In this document: piece after piece, positions 29,524-40,089 of the stretch
How the letters are laid out: every line of letters starts with the position of its first letter
Numbering within the stretch: the first letter of the stretch is position 1
From: a virus
Virus genome (UHGV): UHGV-1455077
Strand: one strand, 5' to 3'
Length of the DNA: 64,000 bases
Translations under genes and position numbers: made by a program
Notes under the pieces: generated by a model
The model's database searches: none
Seen by the model: the letters and a program-made list of their open reading frames with translations, nothing else
Told to the model about the DNA's origin: nothing

Positions 29524-29573
29524 TATATATCATATTTTTTATATTTGTCAAGCATTTTATCCATAAATATTAT
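29524..29573. promoter_or_regulatory. overlapping divergent sigma70-like promoters sharing TTGTCAA core (plus: TTGTCA-N17-TATTAT; minus: TTGACA-N17-TATATA)
   Basis: Read directly in divergent intergenic region between DHH gene and 29597 gene. Confidence 0.35.
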
Positions 29574-29596
29574 TATATTTAAAGGAAATAATATTT

Positions 29597-30958
29597 ATGA
29601 GTATCTTAGAAGAACAATTATTAATGAGTGAAATAACATTTGGTTTTGAATTAGAAGCCTATGTAAATCAAAACAAATTAGTATTTAAAGATAATCATCA
29701 ATGGAAACACGATATTGAAAATGTTCCATTAATGACCAGAACTCAATTTGTTGATTATGATAATTTATATAAAAATTTAAAATATTTTTTTCAAACAAAT
29801 TATTTTGGTAATAGTTCTTTTTCTATTGATTCTGATTCTTCATTAAGATATAATGGATTTGAATTACAATCTCCTGTTTTTAATTTAACTCCAAAAAATA
29901 TTCAATATTGTATTAATTTTTTAATGGAATTATCAACAACACCATATCAAATTTATACTGATAGAACTTGTGGATTTCACGTTCATTTATCATTTCCAAC
30001 AATAACTCCAGAAGATGTTTATTGGTTAGAATGTAATTTAGCATTAGACGAAGATATGATAAAAAATTTATCTTCAATAATAAATCATAACGGAGCAATA
30101 ATTAATTTTATTACACCAACATATTCTTCTGATGATTATTTAGAAGATTTAAAAAATGCAATTATGAATGATAATTTTCAAGCAATATCTAGTGAATTAA
30201 ATGAAGAAAAAATGAGATTAATTCGTAATCATCCACAAGGAACACTTGAATGGCGAGGCCCAAGAAATTTCTTAAATAAACCTGATATTGAAGTTATTAA
30301 ACGTTTCTTTATGAAATTATATAAATTCGCAAAATGGATTTCTGATACATTAGAGAAAAAAGAAATTAACGGATATGATAAAAAAACATTTCTCAATTTA
30401 ATTAATGATTTTAATCCTCAATATAAAGAAGTTTTTAAAAAATCTTCAAAAATTTTAACAATTGTTGATAAAATTTTAAAAAAACCATCTTCATTATTAA
30501 ATCTAAATTTAAGTTTAAAAGATACTTTAGAAGTTGTTGAAACTATTTCTAAAAAGATTCCATTGCAAAAATTTACTTTAAATTTTGCCACAAAAAAATT
30601 ACCAGAAAAAATTTTAGCGGCATTTTTATTTTTATATCCACAATTTTTTAAATATTCAATTCAACATCAACCAATTCCTTATAAAGAATTAAACATTATT
30701 GATGGTGGATATTATTTAATTAACATTGTTAATGAAAATAAAAAATATTTAACTTTAAAAGATATTAAAAAAATTATTTTAGATGCTAATTTAACTTATT
30801 ATTCAACATTTGAAATTATTAGACAGATTTCTGTTAAATTAAGAAAAAATTTACTTACAAAATCTTTCTTATCTGCAATCGCTAATCATTTTGAAGGAGT
30901 TCCATATAGTGAAGTATTAAAGGATGCAATTGAATATACTCCAATATTTGATAATTAA
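29597..30958 (+). CDS. hypothetical protein (453 aa)
   Basis: Long ORF; no motif. Confidence 0.5.
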   Translation: MSILEEQLLMSEITFGFELEAYVNQNKLVFKDNHQWKHDIENVPLMTRTQFVDYDNLYKNLKYFFQTNYFGNSSFSIDSDSSLRYNGFELQSPVFNLTPKNIQYCINFLMELSTTPYQIYTDRTCGFHVHLSFPTITPEDVYWLECNLALDEDMIKNLSSIINHNGAIINFITPTYSSDDYLEDLKNAIMNDNFQAISSELNEEKMRLIRNHPQGTLEWRGPRNFLNKPDIEVIKRFFMKLYKFAKWISDTLEKKEINGYDKKTFLNLINDFNPQYKEVFKKSSKILTIVDKILKKPSSLLNLNLSLKDTLEVVETISKKIPLQKFTLNFATKKLPEKILAAFLFLYPQFFKYSIQHQPIPYKELNIIDGGYYLINIVNENKKYLTLKDIKKIILDANLTYYSTFEIIRQISVKLRKNLLTKSFLSAIANHFEGVPYSEVLKDAIEYTPIFDN

Positions 30959-30981
30959 TTTATAAAAAATCAAGCAAATTA

Positions 30982-31045
30982 TTACCGAACGGTAATATTT
31001 TATCCAATTTTATAAATATATCTTTTAAATATTACCGTTCGGTAA
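30982..31045. repeat. pair of 14-bp near-palindromes ttaccgaacggtaa / ttaccgttcggtaa about 50 bp apart, flanking a TATAAATA motif (31011..31018)
   Basis: The two 20-nt copies attaccgNNcggtaatattt are identical except the central dinucleotide (aa vs tt); operator-like. Confidence 0.5.
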
Positions 31046-31102
31046 TATTTAAATTAAATTTAGGGTACTTGACAAATAGTTTATTCTCATTAACAAATTA
31101 AT

Positions 31103-31135
31103 AAAAAGAGTGTCATTTGACACTCTTTTATTTTA
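31103..31135. terminator. bidirectional terminator (agagtgtca tt tgacactct + T-run)
   Basis: 9-bp stem, A-run upstream and T-run downstream. Confidence 0.7.
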
Positions 31136-31708
31136 TACAATTTGAATTCTTAATAAGTAATCAAAAACCAATGTAATATTTGATGTTTTAGAAATAGGAT
31201 AATGGCAAATATGAGTAATTAAATCACCTTTACTTGTTCTCAAACCAACTTCAGAAAAAGTATATTCTGAAATAATTTGAGAATCATTATTTAAAACATT
31301 TTGTTCTGTTGGCTCACCTTTTTCCAATGTACAATGAACTAAAATATCTGAATATACGTTACCAGTAACGTGTGAAACCGTCATATAATTACGAGTTTTT
31401 TCTAAATTATCAGTAATTGAATGTTGGTCAACAACTTTATAATATGTTTCATTATATAACGATGCTGTACGACCAATTGTCTGTGGGGTACTATATAAAA
31501 ATTCATTTGAAGCATTTACTCTAACACCGCCGTTACCAAAAACTAATTGTGTTATATATCCACCATTATTTGATAAAGAATTAGCTAAGGCGATTGAAAA
31601 ATTTTCAGGGTGAATATCATTATGTACATCTAAAAGAACTTTACCTGTTTCTTCCTCGTGAATTCTTAAATGACCTTTAATTTTTGGCTGACTATAATCT
31701 TTAAACAT
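31133..31708 (-). CDS. hypothetical protein (191 aa)
   Basis: ORF; no motif. Confidence 0.5.
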   Translation of the reverse strand: MFKDYSQPKIKGHLRIHEEETGKVLLDVHNDIHPENFSIALANSLSNNGGYITQLVFGNGGVRVNASNEFLYSTPQTIGRTASLYNETYYKVVDQHSITDNLEKTRNYMTVSHVTGNVYSDILVHCTLEKGEPTEQNVLNNDSQIISEYTFSEVGLRTSKGDLITHICHYPISKTSNITLVFDYLLRIQIV

Positions 31709-31767
31709 AAATTTATCCTTTATCTTACATATACAAATATTTATTGCAAAAGAATTATAAAAAACAG

Positions 31768-31796
31768 TTTGTGGTTATTTATTAAATAACCACAAA
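31768..31796 (+). promoter_or_regulatory. perfect 29-nt palindrome tttgtggttattta-t-taaataaccacaaa directly 5' of RBS of paralog gene B
   Basis: Read directly; same core TATTTATTAAATA as 24552 element. Confidence 0.5.
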
Positions 31797-31806
31797 GGGG
31801 ATTATT

Positions 31807-32202
31807 ATGGCTGATATTTCAAAAATAGATATGAACAGAATTAATGGACTAATTGACAAATTTGAAGAAGTAATTAATAAATTAAATATGATAAGATATA
31901 TTGTTGAAGAATATCATTCGGGAACACAATGGTATAAAATATGGTCAGATGGTTGGATTGAACAAGGTGGTTATGTAATAAATCCATCATCTAATGAAAC
32001 GGTAAATTTATTAAAACCTTATAATAATATTAATTATAGTGTTTTATGTCAATATGCAATGGATTCAAATTCTACTGGAAGATTTTTATCTATTGGAAAT
32101 AAAACAAATTCTTCATTCTTAGTTAGAACAGGAGCATCAAATTTAGATTCTTGGAATGGTGGTTATCCAGTACCTTTTTATTGGGAAACCAAAGGATATT
32201 AA
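31807..32202 (+). CDS. small conserved protein, paralog family member B (131 aa)
   Basis: MADISKIDMNRINGL..., WYKIWSDGWIEQGG, ends ...KGY. Confidence 0.6.
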   Translation: MADISKIDMNRINGLIDKFEEVINKLNMIRYIVEEYHSGTQWYKIWSDGWIEQGGYVINPSSNETVNLLKPYNNINYSVLCQYAMDSNSTGRFLSIGNKTNSSFLVRTGASNLDSWNGGYPVPFYWETKGY

Positions 32203-32232
32203 AAAAGAGAGGTTTTAAAACCTCTCTTTAAT
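32200..32232. terminator. bidirectional terminator (agagagg ttttaaaa cctctct)
   Basis: 7-bp stem with A-run/T-run flanks between convergent genes. Confidence 0.7.
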
Positions 32233-34371
32233 TTATCCGTGTAACGAATCATCAATAAATGTTCTTCGTTGAAATTCCCAATTTCTTCTTGTTGGATTCC
32301 AAGAATCTACTGGAACAAAGAAACCAACAACACGAGTAAAGTATTGCATATGTTCATTATGACCACATTTTGAACAACTTGCAACTTTATGGTCATAAAC
32401 TGAACCACACTCTGGACATTTTGAATAAACAGAATTTAATACAAAATGTTCACAACCACATTTAATAGCATATAAAATAATTTTTCTATTTTGTGCCGCT
32501 GTTGTTTTAGAACCTAATTGTGCGTGTACAATACCACCACCTGTTAATAACTGATTGTATTTTCCATCAGCTTCCAATTTTTCCCAAATAGTTGCATCTT
32601 CCCATAATGGAACAAACTGATTGGCATATAATGGAGCATCAATTATATTATCATTGAAAATTAAATTATCAACTGTTGCCAATCTTACAGCATAGGATTC
32701 TCCTGGAATCTGTTCAATATTAGAAAATAAACCTAATTCTTTTGCATATTCTTGTGAATGTTTATTTAAATAAACTAAATAATCATTCATTACATCCTGA
32801 CCTTCTTTAATTTCATCAGAAAATTTAGTTTCAAGGATTTTTTTAGCTTCAACAACACCCAGAATACCAAATGTTGAGAATAATCTATCCATACGAATCC
32901 AACCACGAGTAATAAATGGTTCAAGACCTTTAGCTTCCATTTTACCAATTAATACTTTATGAGCTTTTAAAACTTTTGCCGCACCACGAATTCTTTTATC
33001 TAAAATTTTATAGAAATCTTCCATTGAATTAGCTTCATATGCAATACGAGCAAAATTAATAGTTACAACACGATGTGAACCCATTGATACAGTTGAGCCA
33101 CCAAATGAATTAACTGTCGAACCCATATCTAATAATTCAGCATCATTAATTAAACGACAACAAGAAGCAACTTTTGTTCCCTTAGAAGTAAAAATATTGA
33201 ATCTTGTAATATCACGTTGGCAAACAAAATCAAAAAAGTTTTCATCTAAGATATTTCCATCATCATCTTTTGAAATATTCATAGTAGTAACAGGAAAACG
33301 ATATGGAATACCATTATTTAATGGGTCACCTTTTTCGTGGAATTTTGCATAAATTTCTTGTAATTCCATAATATAATTAATAACAAAATCTTTCCATTCA
33401 TCAGCAGACATTTTATCTTCTAATCCATTATCAAGAGCAATATCTTTTTTATTTGCAAAATACCATCCATAATTATCTGCACCAACTAAACCTGATAATT
33501 TTACTCTATCAAATAATGAAATATTAGTAAATGGAGATTCTACACCATTTCTCGACAAATGATTTACTGAATGAACAAATGTTTGAAAACAATTTTCAAT
33601 ATATTTTCTCATTGTTGGGTCATTTTTAACAACTTCAAATGGAACACGTTGTTTATAAATTAAAATATGTGCAATATCTAAGAAAAATGTTCCAACAGCA
33701 ATTGCACCTGCTAAATGAGAAGACATCTGATGTACAGTTTCATCTAATGCAGAAATATATGAATCAACACGATGAACAGGGGCAGATGGTAATTGACCGA
33801 ATTTACGACCTTCCATAACTAATTTAGAAGCATCTAATGCCCAACAATATGGAATTAAAATATTAGTTGAATCTGATAAGCCTAATGAAAAATCATATAA
33901 ATCACCAGATAATACTTTAGCTTCGGCTTGACCATATAAATCTTTCATTACTCCATAAAGCATATGATAACCAATCAATTTACGATTAGAAGCAGTAATT
34001 TCATTGTTTACGCCTGCAATTGTCTTTTCATTTTTATTTGAATTATCATCAATTGATACATCATTAACACGTGAATCTAAAATTTTTGCAAAGTTTGCCA
34101 ATGTATCAAAATTGGTAGCATCTAAACCGTGAATATTTAAAATTTTAGATGTTAATTCTTTTAATTCACCATTTGAAAATCCATATTTTTTCTTTAAAGC
34201 TGATGCTAAAGTTTTTTTAATATTTTTAATTGTTCGTGTTGTTTCCGCATTAATTAAAATATCGTCTGAAACTTTATCTAATTCTTTTTTAAAATCTTCA
34301 TCTTCATAGTAAGAATCCACAATAGTTGGACTCTTAACATTTAATATTTTTTTAACTGTCAAATCAGACAT
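32233..34371 (-). CDS. nrdD: anaerobic ribonucleoside-triphosphate reductase (class III), 712 aa
   Basis: Size, C-terminal Zn-ribbon CxxC...CxxC (CPECGS...CSKCGH) and glycyl-radical region ...TRVVGFF; followed by nrdG. Confidence 0.8.
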   Translation of the reverse strand: MSDLTVKKILNVKSPTIVDSYYEDEDFKKELDKVSDDILINAETTRTIKNIKKTLASALKKKYGFSNGELKELTSKILNIHGLDATNFDTLANFAKILDSRVNDVSIDDNSNKNEKTIAGVNNEITASNRKLIGYHMLYGVMKDLYGQAEAKVLSGDLYDFSLGLSDSTNILIPYCWALDASKLVMEGRKFGQLPSAPVHRVDSYISALDETVHQMSSHLAGAIAVGTFFLDIAHILIYKQRVPFEVVKNDPTMRKYIENCFQTFVHSVNHLSRNGVESPFTNISLFDRVKLSGLVGADNYGWYFANKKDIALDNGLEDKMSADEWKDFVINYIMELQEIYAKFHEKGDPLNNGIPYRFPVTTMNISKDDDGNILDENFFDFVCQRDITRFNIFTSKGTKVASCCRLINDAELLDMGSTVNSFGGSTVSMGSHRVVTINFARIAYEANSMEDFYKILDKRIRGAAKVLKAHKVLIGKMEAKGLEPFITRGWIRMDRLFSTFGILGVVEAKKILETKFSDEIKEGQDVMNDYLVYLNKHSQEYAKELGLFSNIEQIPGESYAVRLATVDNLIFNDNIIDAPLYANQFVPLWEDATIWEKLEADGKYNQLLTGGGIVHAQLGSKTTAAQNRKIILYAIKCGCEHFVLNSVYSKCPECGSVYDHKVASCSKCGHNEHMQYFTRVVGFFVPVDSWNPTRRNWEFQRRTFIDDSLHG

Positions 34372-34403
34372 TTAATTCTCCTTAAATCTCAAAAATATTT
34401 TTA

Positions 34404-34919
34404 TTAGTTTTTAAAATAGTATACACCATCTTGACTCAAACAACAATAATTCGAATCAAAAAGTTGCTGATTTGTTGAAGCAAATCTCATATATTCATCC
34501 ATCTTTTCTGAAGGTTGTGCATTATTTTCATCATACAAACCACATTTTACAAATGTAAAATTTTTAACATCCATCATTTTTACATAGTCAATATTATGAC
34601 CAGTATAAACACAAACCTCAAATGGTGATTTTTCAAGAAACTCTTTTGTAAATTGAACATTAAAACAAGATAATGGGTCGCCACCAGATAAAACAATTTT
34701 ATTTGTTCTATGACGTATTGATAATTGTTTTAATTCAGCAATTAATTCATCAACTGAATATTCTTTAGTTTCTGTATTAAAATCTGGATTTTTAAAGTTG
34801 GGGTTTTGACATTTTGGACAACCATTATCACAACCCATCATTACGACAACTAAACTACAATCTTCTTTATCAGGATAATCAAGCCAAGTTGAAGTAATTG
34901 GTTGTAAAATTCTTGTCAT
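34404..34919 (-). CDS. nrdG: anaerobic RNR activating protein, radical SAM (171 aa)
   Basis: CxxxCxxC (CDNGCPKC) near N-terminus; small size; adjacent to nrdD. Confidence 0.75.
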   Translation of the reverse strand: MTRILQPITSTWLDYPDKEDCSLVVVMMGCDNGCPKCQNPNFKNPDFNTETKEYSVDELIAELKQLSIRHRTNKIVLSGGDPLSCFNVQFTKEFLEKSPFEVCVYTGHNIDYVKMMDVKNFTFVKCGLYDENNAQPSEKMDEYMRFASTNQQLFDSNYCCLSQDGVYYFKN

Positions 34920-35037
34920 TTTTTATTCTCCCATAGCGAAATGTAATTATATTTATTATTGTTATTGGTTTTTTATTTTATATCAATTTTGTAAAATATT
35001 AAGTAAAATCAATGGTTTAGTGTTTTGTCAATTTCAT

Positions 35038-35448
35038 CTAATTAAAATTTTTTATACTATCAATTAAAACTTGTGAAGTGATAACTTCTTTCAATCTTGG
35101 GTGTAAAGGTTTAGGTGGAAAATCAATATCTACCCACGCATAACCATCATTTTCGTGATTTAACTTTGGAATAAATTCATTATCAGTTAAAAGTAAAAAT
35201 GAATGATATTGAAATTTTTTATCCATAGACGTAAAACAATTAAATGCAATCCATTTATTAATCGGTGGTAAGAACCCAATTTCTTCTTCAATTTCTCTTT
35301 CAAGTCCTTCTAATAAAAATTCATCGTGGTGGACTTTTCCGCCAACTAAACCCCAACGAGAAGGATAAGAACTTATTGAACTTCTCAATAAGAACAAATA
35401 TCTATTTGTATTAACAGATTTAATTAATGCACCTGCCGATTTTATCAT
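35038..35448 (-). CDS. Nudix hydrolase (136 aa)
   Basis: Nudix box GGKVHHDEFLLEGLEREIEEEIGF. Confidence 0.75.
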   Translation of the reverse strand: MIKSAGALIKSVNTNRYLFLLRSSISSYPSRWGLVGGKVHHDEFLLEGLEREIEEEIGFLPPINKWIAFNCFTSMDKKFQYHSFLLLTDNEFIPKLNHENDGYAWVDIDFPPKPLHPRLKEVITSQVLIDSIKNFN

Positions 35449-35534
35449 TTTAACCTCATATTTTTCTTTATATTAACAAAAATCTTATTTCATTTTCAAT
35501 AATAAATATCTATATTATATAAAAGGTTTTAATT

Positions 35535-36308
35535 ATGATAACTGACAATACTAAAGCTCGTGAAAAATTAGCAAATGATATATTAATAAGACTTGGTGAT
35601 ACAATGATTGATGTTGAATTATCACCACAGCAAATTCAAAAATGTATTGATTTAGCATTTGCAAAACTTAAACAGCAAGGTGATGCCTTTGTTGAAGAAT
35701 CATTAGTTTTATTAACTTTAAAGAAAAACCAAAAAGAATATATTCTTCCTGATGAAATAGTTGAAATTCAACAAATTTATCGTAGAAATTATGGAAGAAC
35801 ATATGGTTCTACTGGCGGTCAAAATATTGACCCATTCCAAATGGCTTGGACAAATGTTTATATGGCTGGTGCAATTAATGGAGTTAGAACAGGTGGTTTA
35901 GTAACTTATGAACTTCATAATGATTATTTAAAAACTGCTGGAAAAATGTTTGGTATGTATATCAATTACACTTTTAATGAAAACACACATAAATTAATTA
36001 TTGCTGAAAATCCCCGAGCTGATGATGAAGTTATTCTTCTTCATTCATATGTTGATAAGCCTGAATATGAATTAATTCAGGATAGATATGCTGGTTTATG
36101 GATAGAAAATTGGGCATTAGCTGAAGCTAAAGAAATTCTTGGAACAATTCGTAATCGTTTTGGTAATTTACCAGGGCCAAATGGTACTGTAACTCAAGAT
36201 GGAGCAGAATTAAAACAAGAAGCTAAAACTATGAAAGAAGAATTAACAAAAGAATTAATGAATTTTGTTCCAGGCGGAGATATTCCCTGTATGCCATTTT
36301 TAGGATAA
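35535..36308 (+). CDS. hypothetical protein (257 aa)
   Basis: ORF with RBS; no motif. Confidence 0.5.
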   Translation: MITDNTKAREKLANDILIRLGDTMIDVELSPQQIQKCIDLAFAKLKQQGDAFVEESLVLLTLKKNQKEYILPDEIVEIQQIYRRNYGRTYGSTGGQNIDPFQMAWTNVYMAGAINGVRTGGLVTYELHNDYLKTAGKMFGMYINYTFNENTHKLIIAENPRADDEVILLHSYVDKPEYELIQDRYAGLWIENWALAEAKEILGTIRNRFGNLPGPNGTVTQDGAELKQEAKTMKEELTKELMNFVPGGDIPCMPFLG

Positions 36309-36314
36309 AATATA

Positions 36315-38117
36315 ATGAGATACAACCAAATATTAAATAAAACAATTAACAAATATAATAACTTCCTTTTTAATAAAATATTAAATGAAGGAATTGAAGA
36401 CATAAAAAAATATTTTCCAAAATTAGATGAAAAATCTTTACGTAAATTAATTTCTCTTGACCCAACTTATAAAGGCGGAGAACAATTAGGAAAATATGGT
36501 CAATGGATTATACGTTTATTCTATAATAATATAAAAAATATTGAGCGTAAAAAACAATTTAATGAATTATTACAACAATATCCAGATGGAATTAATCCTA
36601 AAACAGGTCAAAAATTTGAACAACCTAAAATGTTACCTGCTATTAAATCAGAAGATTTAGAAAAAATTCCAAATTCGTTAAAACAATATGAAATATATAA
36701 AAATAAAATTAAAAAGCCTATTGATTTATTTAAAACATTACCAGAATTAGATACGGAACTTGAAAAAATTAAATCATTAGGTATTCCAACAGATAAAAAA
36801 GTATTAGATAGATATAATCTTTTTGAAAAATATGCTGATAAAGGATTAAAGAAAATTTTTGAAAATGCTGATTGGATTATTGCAATTCCAACAAAATTAG
36901 AATGTTCAGTTCCATTTGGTGAATATACTTCTTGGTGTACAACATCACCTCACGGAAAATATTACTATTATTATTCTGATAAAGGATTATTATACATTCT
37001 TTTAAATAAGAAAACAGGGGAATTTTATCAATTCCACTTTGAAACTCAATCTTTTATGGATGCATCTGACAGTAGAATTAATATGGATACTTTTACAGAA
37101 AAATATCCTGACATTGCTAAATTTTTATTTAATTATCAAAAAGATTCTGTTGAAAATAAACCTTCACCTTTAATTCAACTACAAGAAACTTTTTCGGATT
37201 TATTAAAAAATCCAAATGAAATGAATAAAAGATTATTTCCATCAATTCATAATTTTAAAATTGAAGGAGATACAATAACAGGAACTATTGATTCATTTGA
37301 TGAGCTTGAAGATGTATATGATGATAATAGATATTCTATATCATTTGATTGGATTGATAAATTTATTCAAGACCCATATACTACTATAGATTTTCATCCA
37401 AGCTATTCCATTAGTGAAATCCAAAATATGTATATTGGTACCGATTGGGATAATTATGCCAAAAAAAATAATTTAAATATTTCTTTTGATGATTTATGTA
37501 CATTGGTAAGTATTTCTGATGAATTACCACAAAATCTTGAAACATTTTTAAATGAAGAATTTTCAGATTTAGGTGGATTTGTTGATACAGTTACCTCATT
37601 AGAAGAAACAGGAACAATAGATGAAGTTTTTAAACAGATTAAAGATTCTTTAGAATCGAATTTTCCAATATTTAAAAATATTGAATTTATAGATGATAAT
37701 ATTAAAATTTATTTAGAAATGCCTGTTCAATTTGCTTTTACTTATCTTGTTGTTGATAAATTAGGTTTAGATATTTTAGAAAAAGGAAATATTCCTTCTT
37801 ATAAAGAACCTATTCAACAGGAATTTAATTTTAATGAATCTAAATATAAATTTAAAGATGAATGGTATATGCAATGGGTTAAATATGATGACGATGATGA
37901 CCCTTGGGCATATAATGAAGAATATGAAAGAAATTGGTTATATGTTTATCGTTATTCTATAGATGATGGAAATGGTAAATTTAGTATTAGCGAATCAAAT
38001 TATAACTGGTATGGATTTGATGAGTCAGATTGGAAAATTATTTGTAACAATAGCACCGAAGAATTAAAACAATTAATTGGTGATAAAACATTACAAGATT
38101 TTATTAGTCAAGAATAA
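36315..38117 (+). CDS. hypothetical protein (600 aa), paralog of 61307..63019 (shared SWCT-containing N-terminal domain)
   Basis: Shared blocks LISLDPTYKG / QWIIRL / YTSWCTTSPHGKYYYYYSDKGLLYILLNKK versus LISFDPVLGN / RWLLKM / GASWCTGGDNCLYYDNYTADGTLYVIINKD. Confidence 0.5.
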   Translation: MRYNQILNKTINKYNNFLFNKILNEGIEDIKKYFPKLDEKSLRKLISLDPTYKGGEQLGKYGQWIIRLFYNNIKNIERKKQFNELLQQYPDGINPKTGQKFEQPKMLPAIKSEDLEKIPNSLKQYEIYKNKIKKPIDLFKTLPELDTELEKIKSLGIPTDKKVLDRYNLFEKYADKGLKKIFENADWIIAIPTKLECSVPFGEYTSWCTTSPHGKYYYYYSDKGLLYILLNKKTGEFYQFHFETQSFMDASDSRINMDTFTEKYPDIAKFLFNYQKDSVENKPSPLIQLQETFSDLLKNPNEMNKRLFPSIHNFKIEGDTITGTIDSFDELEDVYDDNRYSISFDWIDKFIQDPYTTIDFHPSYSISEIQNMYIGTDWDNYAKKNNLNISFDDLCTLVSISDELPQNLETFLNEEFSDLGGFVDTVTSLEETGTIDEVFKQIKDSLESNFPIFKNIEFIDDNIKIYLEMPVQFAFTYLVVDKLGLDILEKGNIPSYKEPIQQEFNFNESKYKFKDEWYMQWVKYDDDDDPWAYNEEYERNWLYVYRYSIDDGNGKFSISESNYNWYGFDESDWKIICNNSTEELKQLIGDKTLQDFISQE

Positions 38118-38193
38118 ATAAAATTAATATTGAAACAAATTTTATTTTAGATGTATAGTTTAAATAAAATTTTTGTGTGGGAAATTATAATTA

Positions 38194-40089
38194 ATGAAAA
38201 ATGTATATTTAAGTGATAAATATTTTACGAGCCTTGATGATTTTAATAAGGATTTGATTGCCCACAAGTCAAATTTCTTTAAAGATTATCAAGGCTTTCC
38301 TTTTATATCGCTTTTAAATGCTCTTTCATACAATACTGATTTCAATACAAAAAATTATCGCTGGGGAAAACGTTATTTCAATATGGATAATAAAGATTTT
38401 TGTTGGATAACATCCAATGAGAATAAAAAAATCAATAAATCATTTTGGAATAAAGATACTTTTTCATATGTTTCTAAAGAAATTAATGCATACTTTACAG
38501 ATGTCAATATTAAAGAACATTTTTTATCTTGTTTTAAGCCGCATAGAAAAATTAATTTCTTTTATAAATTATCAAAAAATGAACAAAATGAATTAAAAAA
38601 TTATTCAACATCTTTACAAAATTTATATATGGTATCTGATAAAACCTATGGCTCATCACAACAAATAGGAACAGATATTCTTTTAATTGATATTGATAAT
38701 TATGAAGATAGACACGCTTTAGAAACTTTAAATATGTTTTTAGATTTTGTTAATTTAAAAATTAATGATTTAATTTTTATCGAACAAAATGCATTTACAG
38801 GTGGAATTCACACCGCTTTGAAATTACCTCAAGTAATTTCAAACATAAATTTCTATCCAACTTTAATGAAAGAACTTCAAAAAAATGATATTCGCATAGA
38901 ATGTAATTTCATTAATACCATTTTACGATTTCCATTATCTTTTGAATATGTTGCTATTCAAAAAGATGAACGCATTTTAAATTATGATGAATTTATTCCA
39001 ACACAATTTTGGGAAAATACTTTTGCAGATTATTTAAATAATTTGAATGATAATGTATGTAATTCAAATTATTTAAATGATTTAATTCTTAAAACACATA
39101 ATTTACAACCTGTTAATATATGGGAAAATTATTGGAAAACAAAAAAGAATCTATTCAAAAAAAATCAATCTATTGTTTTTAATAATGAAATTTATAAAAT
39201 TGAAAAAGGCAAAAGATATGAATCAATGTCTAAAATTATTCCATATTGTAAACTTCAAGGAATGAGTTTAGATGAAACTGTCAATACCATATTTGATAAT
39301 AATATTGATTCAAAGGATTTATTGAAATGGTCAAGAGAAAAATTAAAGAAAAATATAGAAAAATTCTTTAATAAATGCCCCGAACAAGCATTTACAACCA
39401 TTAAGAATTATAATAAATCTTTTATTTCTAATTTAGAAAAATTACCAACAATAACTCAAGATTTCTTAAATAATAAAACTTTTAACGAATGGTTTACTAA
39501 CCGTTTTATTAAATTCTATATGAAAGAAAGAAATAAACATAATAATTCTTTTAATTCTTTCTCAACTGAAAAAATAGAAATCTTAAATAAGCAGATACCT
39601 TATTTCTTAAAAGAAATAATTGGTAAAATGTTTTATGAAATTAATACAAATAAAGAATTTATTAATGAAGAATTTAATGTCGTATTGGGTTTTCAAATAT
39701 CTGACACCTATTTAAAAGCTCTACAAGAGCAATCAATTAGTGATTTAGGATTATCTGGTGCATTAGCTAAAACATCATTACAATACCTTAAAAAAGCTCT
39801 TATTAAAGCATTATCATTAACAGAAATTAAATATAAAAATAGAACAAGAAATTGGATGTTAGGTTCTTGTAAGTCATTTCGTATTAAAAACACAAATGAT
39901 TTATACAATCTATTAAACCATCTATTTAGAAGCTGTTTTAATAATATATATAATAAAGAATTTAGAATAAACAAATCTGAATTAAATAATTTACTTATTT
40001 TATATATACAACTCGTTGAAAAATATGACATTGTGCAGTATGATGAAGTAAATTTTATAATTGAAGCTATTCCAAAATATGAAACTTAA
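38194..40089 (+). CDS. hypothetical protein (631 aa)
   Basis: Long ORF; Asn/Lys-rich; no motif. Confidence 0.5.
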   Translation: MKNVYLSDKYFTSLDDFNKDLIAHKSNFFKDYQGFPFISLLNALSYNTDFNTKNYRWGKRYFNMDNKDFCWITSNENKKINKSFWNKDTFSYVSKEINAYFTDVNIKEHFLSCFKPHRKINFFYKLSKNEQNELKNYSTSLQNLYMVSDKTYGSSQQIGTDILLIDIDNYEDRHALETLNMFLDFVNLKINDLIFIEQNAFTGGIHTALKLPQVISNINFYPTLMKELQKNDIRIECNFINTILRFPLSFEYVAIQKDERILNYDEFIPTQFWENTFADYLNNLNDNVCNSNYLNDLILKTHNLQPVNIWENYWKTKKNLFKKNQSIVFNNEIYKIEKGKRYESMSKIIPYCKLQGMSLDETVNTIFDNNIDSKDLLKWSREKLKKNIEKFFNKCPEQAFTTIKNYNKSFISNLEKLPTITQDFLNNKTFNEWFTNRFIKFYMKERNKHNNSFNSFSTEKIEILNKQIPYFLKEIIGKMFYEINTNKEFINEEFNVVLGFQISDTYLKALQEQSISDLGLSGALAKTSLQYLKKALIKALSLTEIKYKNRTRNWMLGSCKSFRIKNTNDLYNLLNHLFRSCFNNIYNKEFRINKSELNNLLILYIQLVEKYDIVQYDEVNFIIEAIPKYET

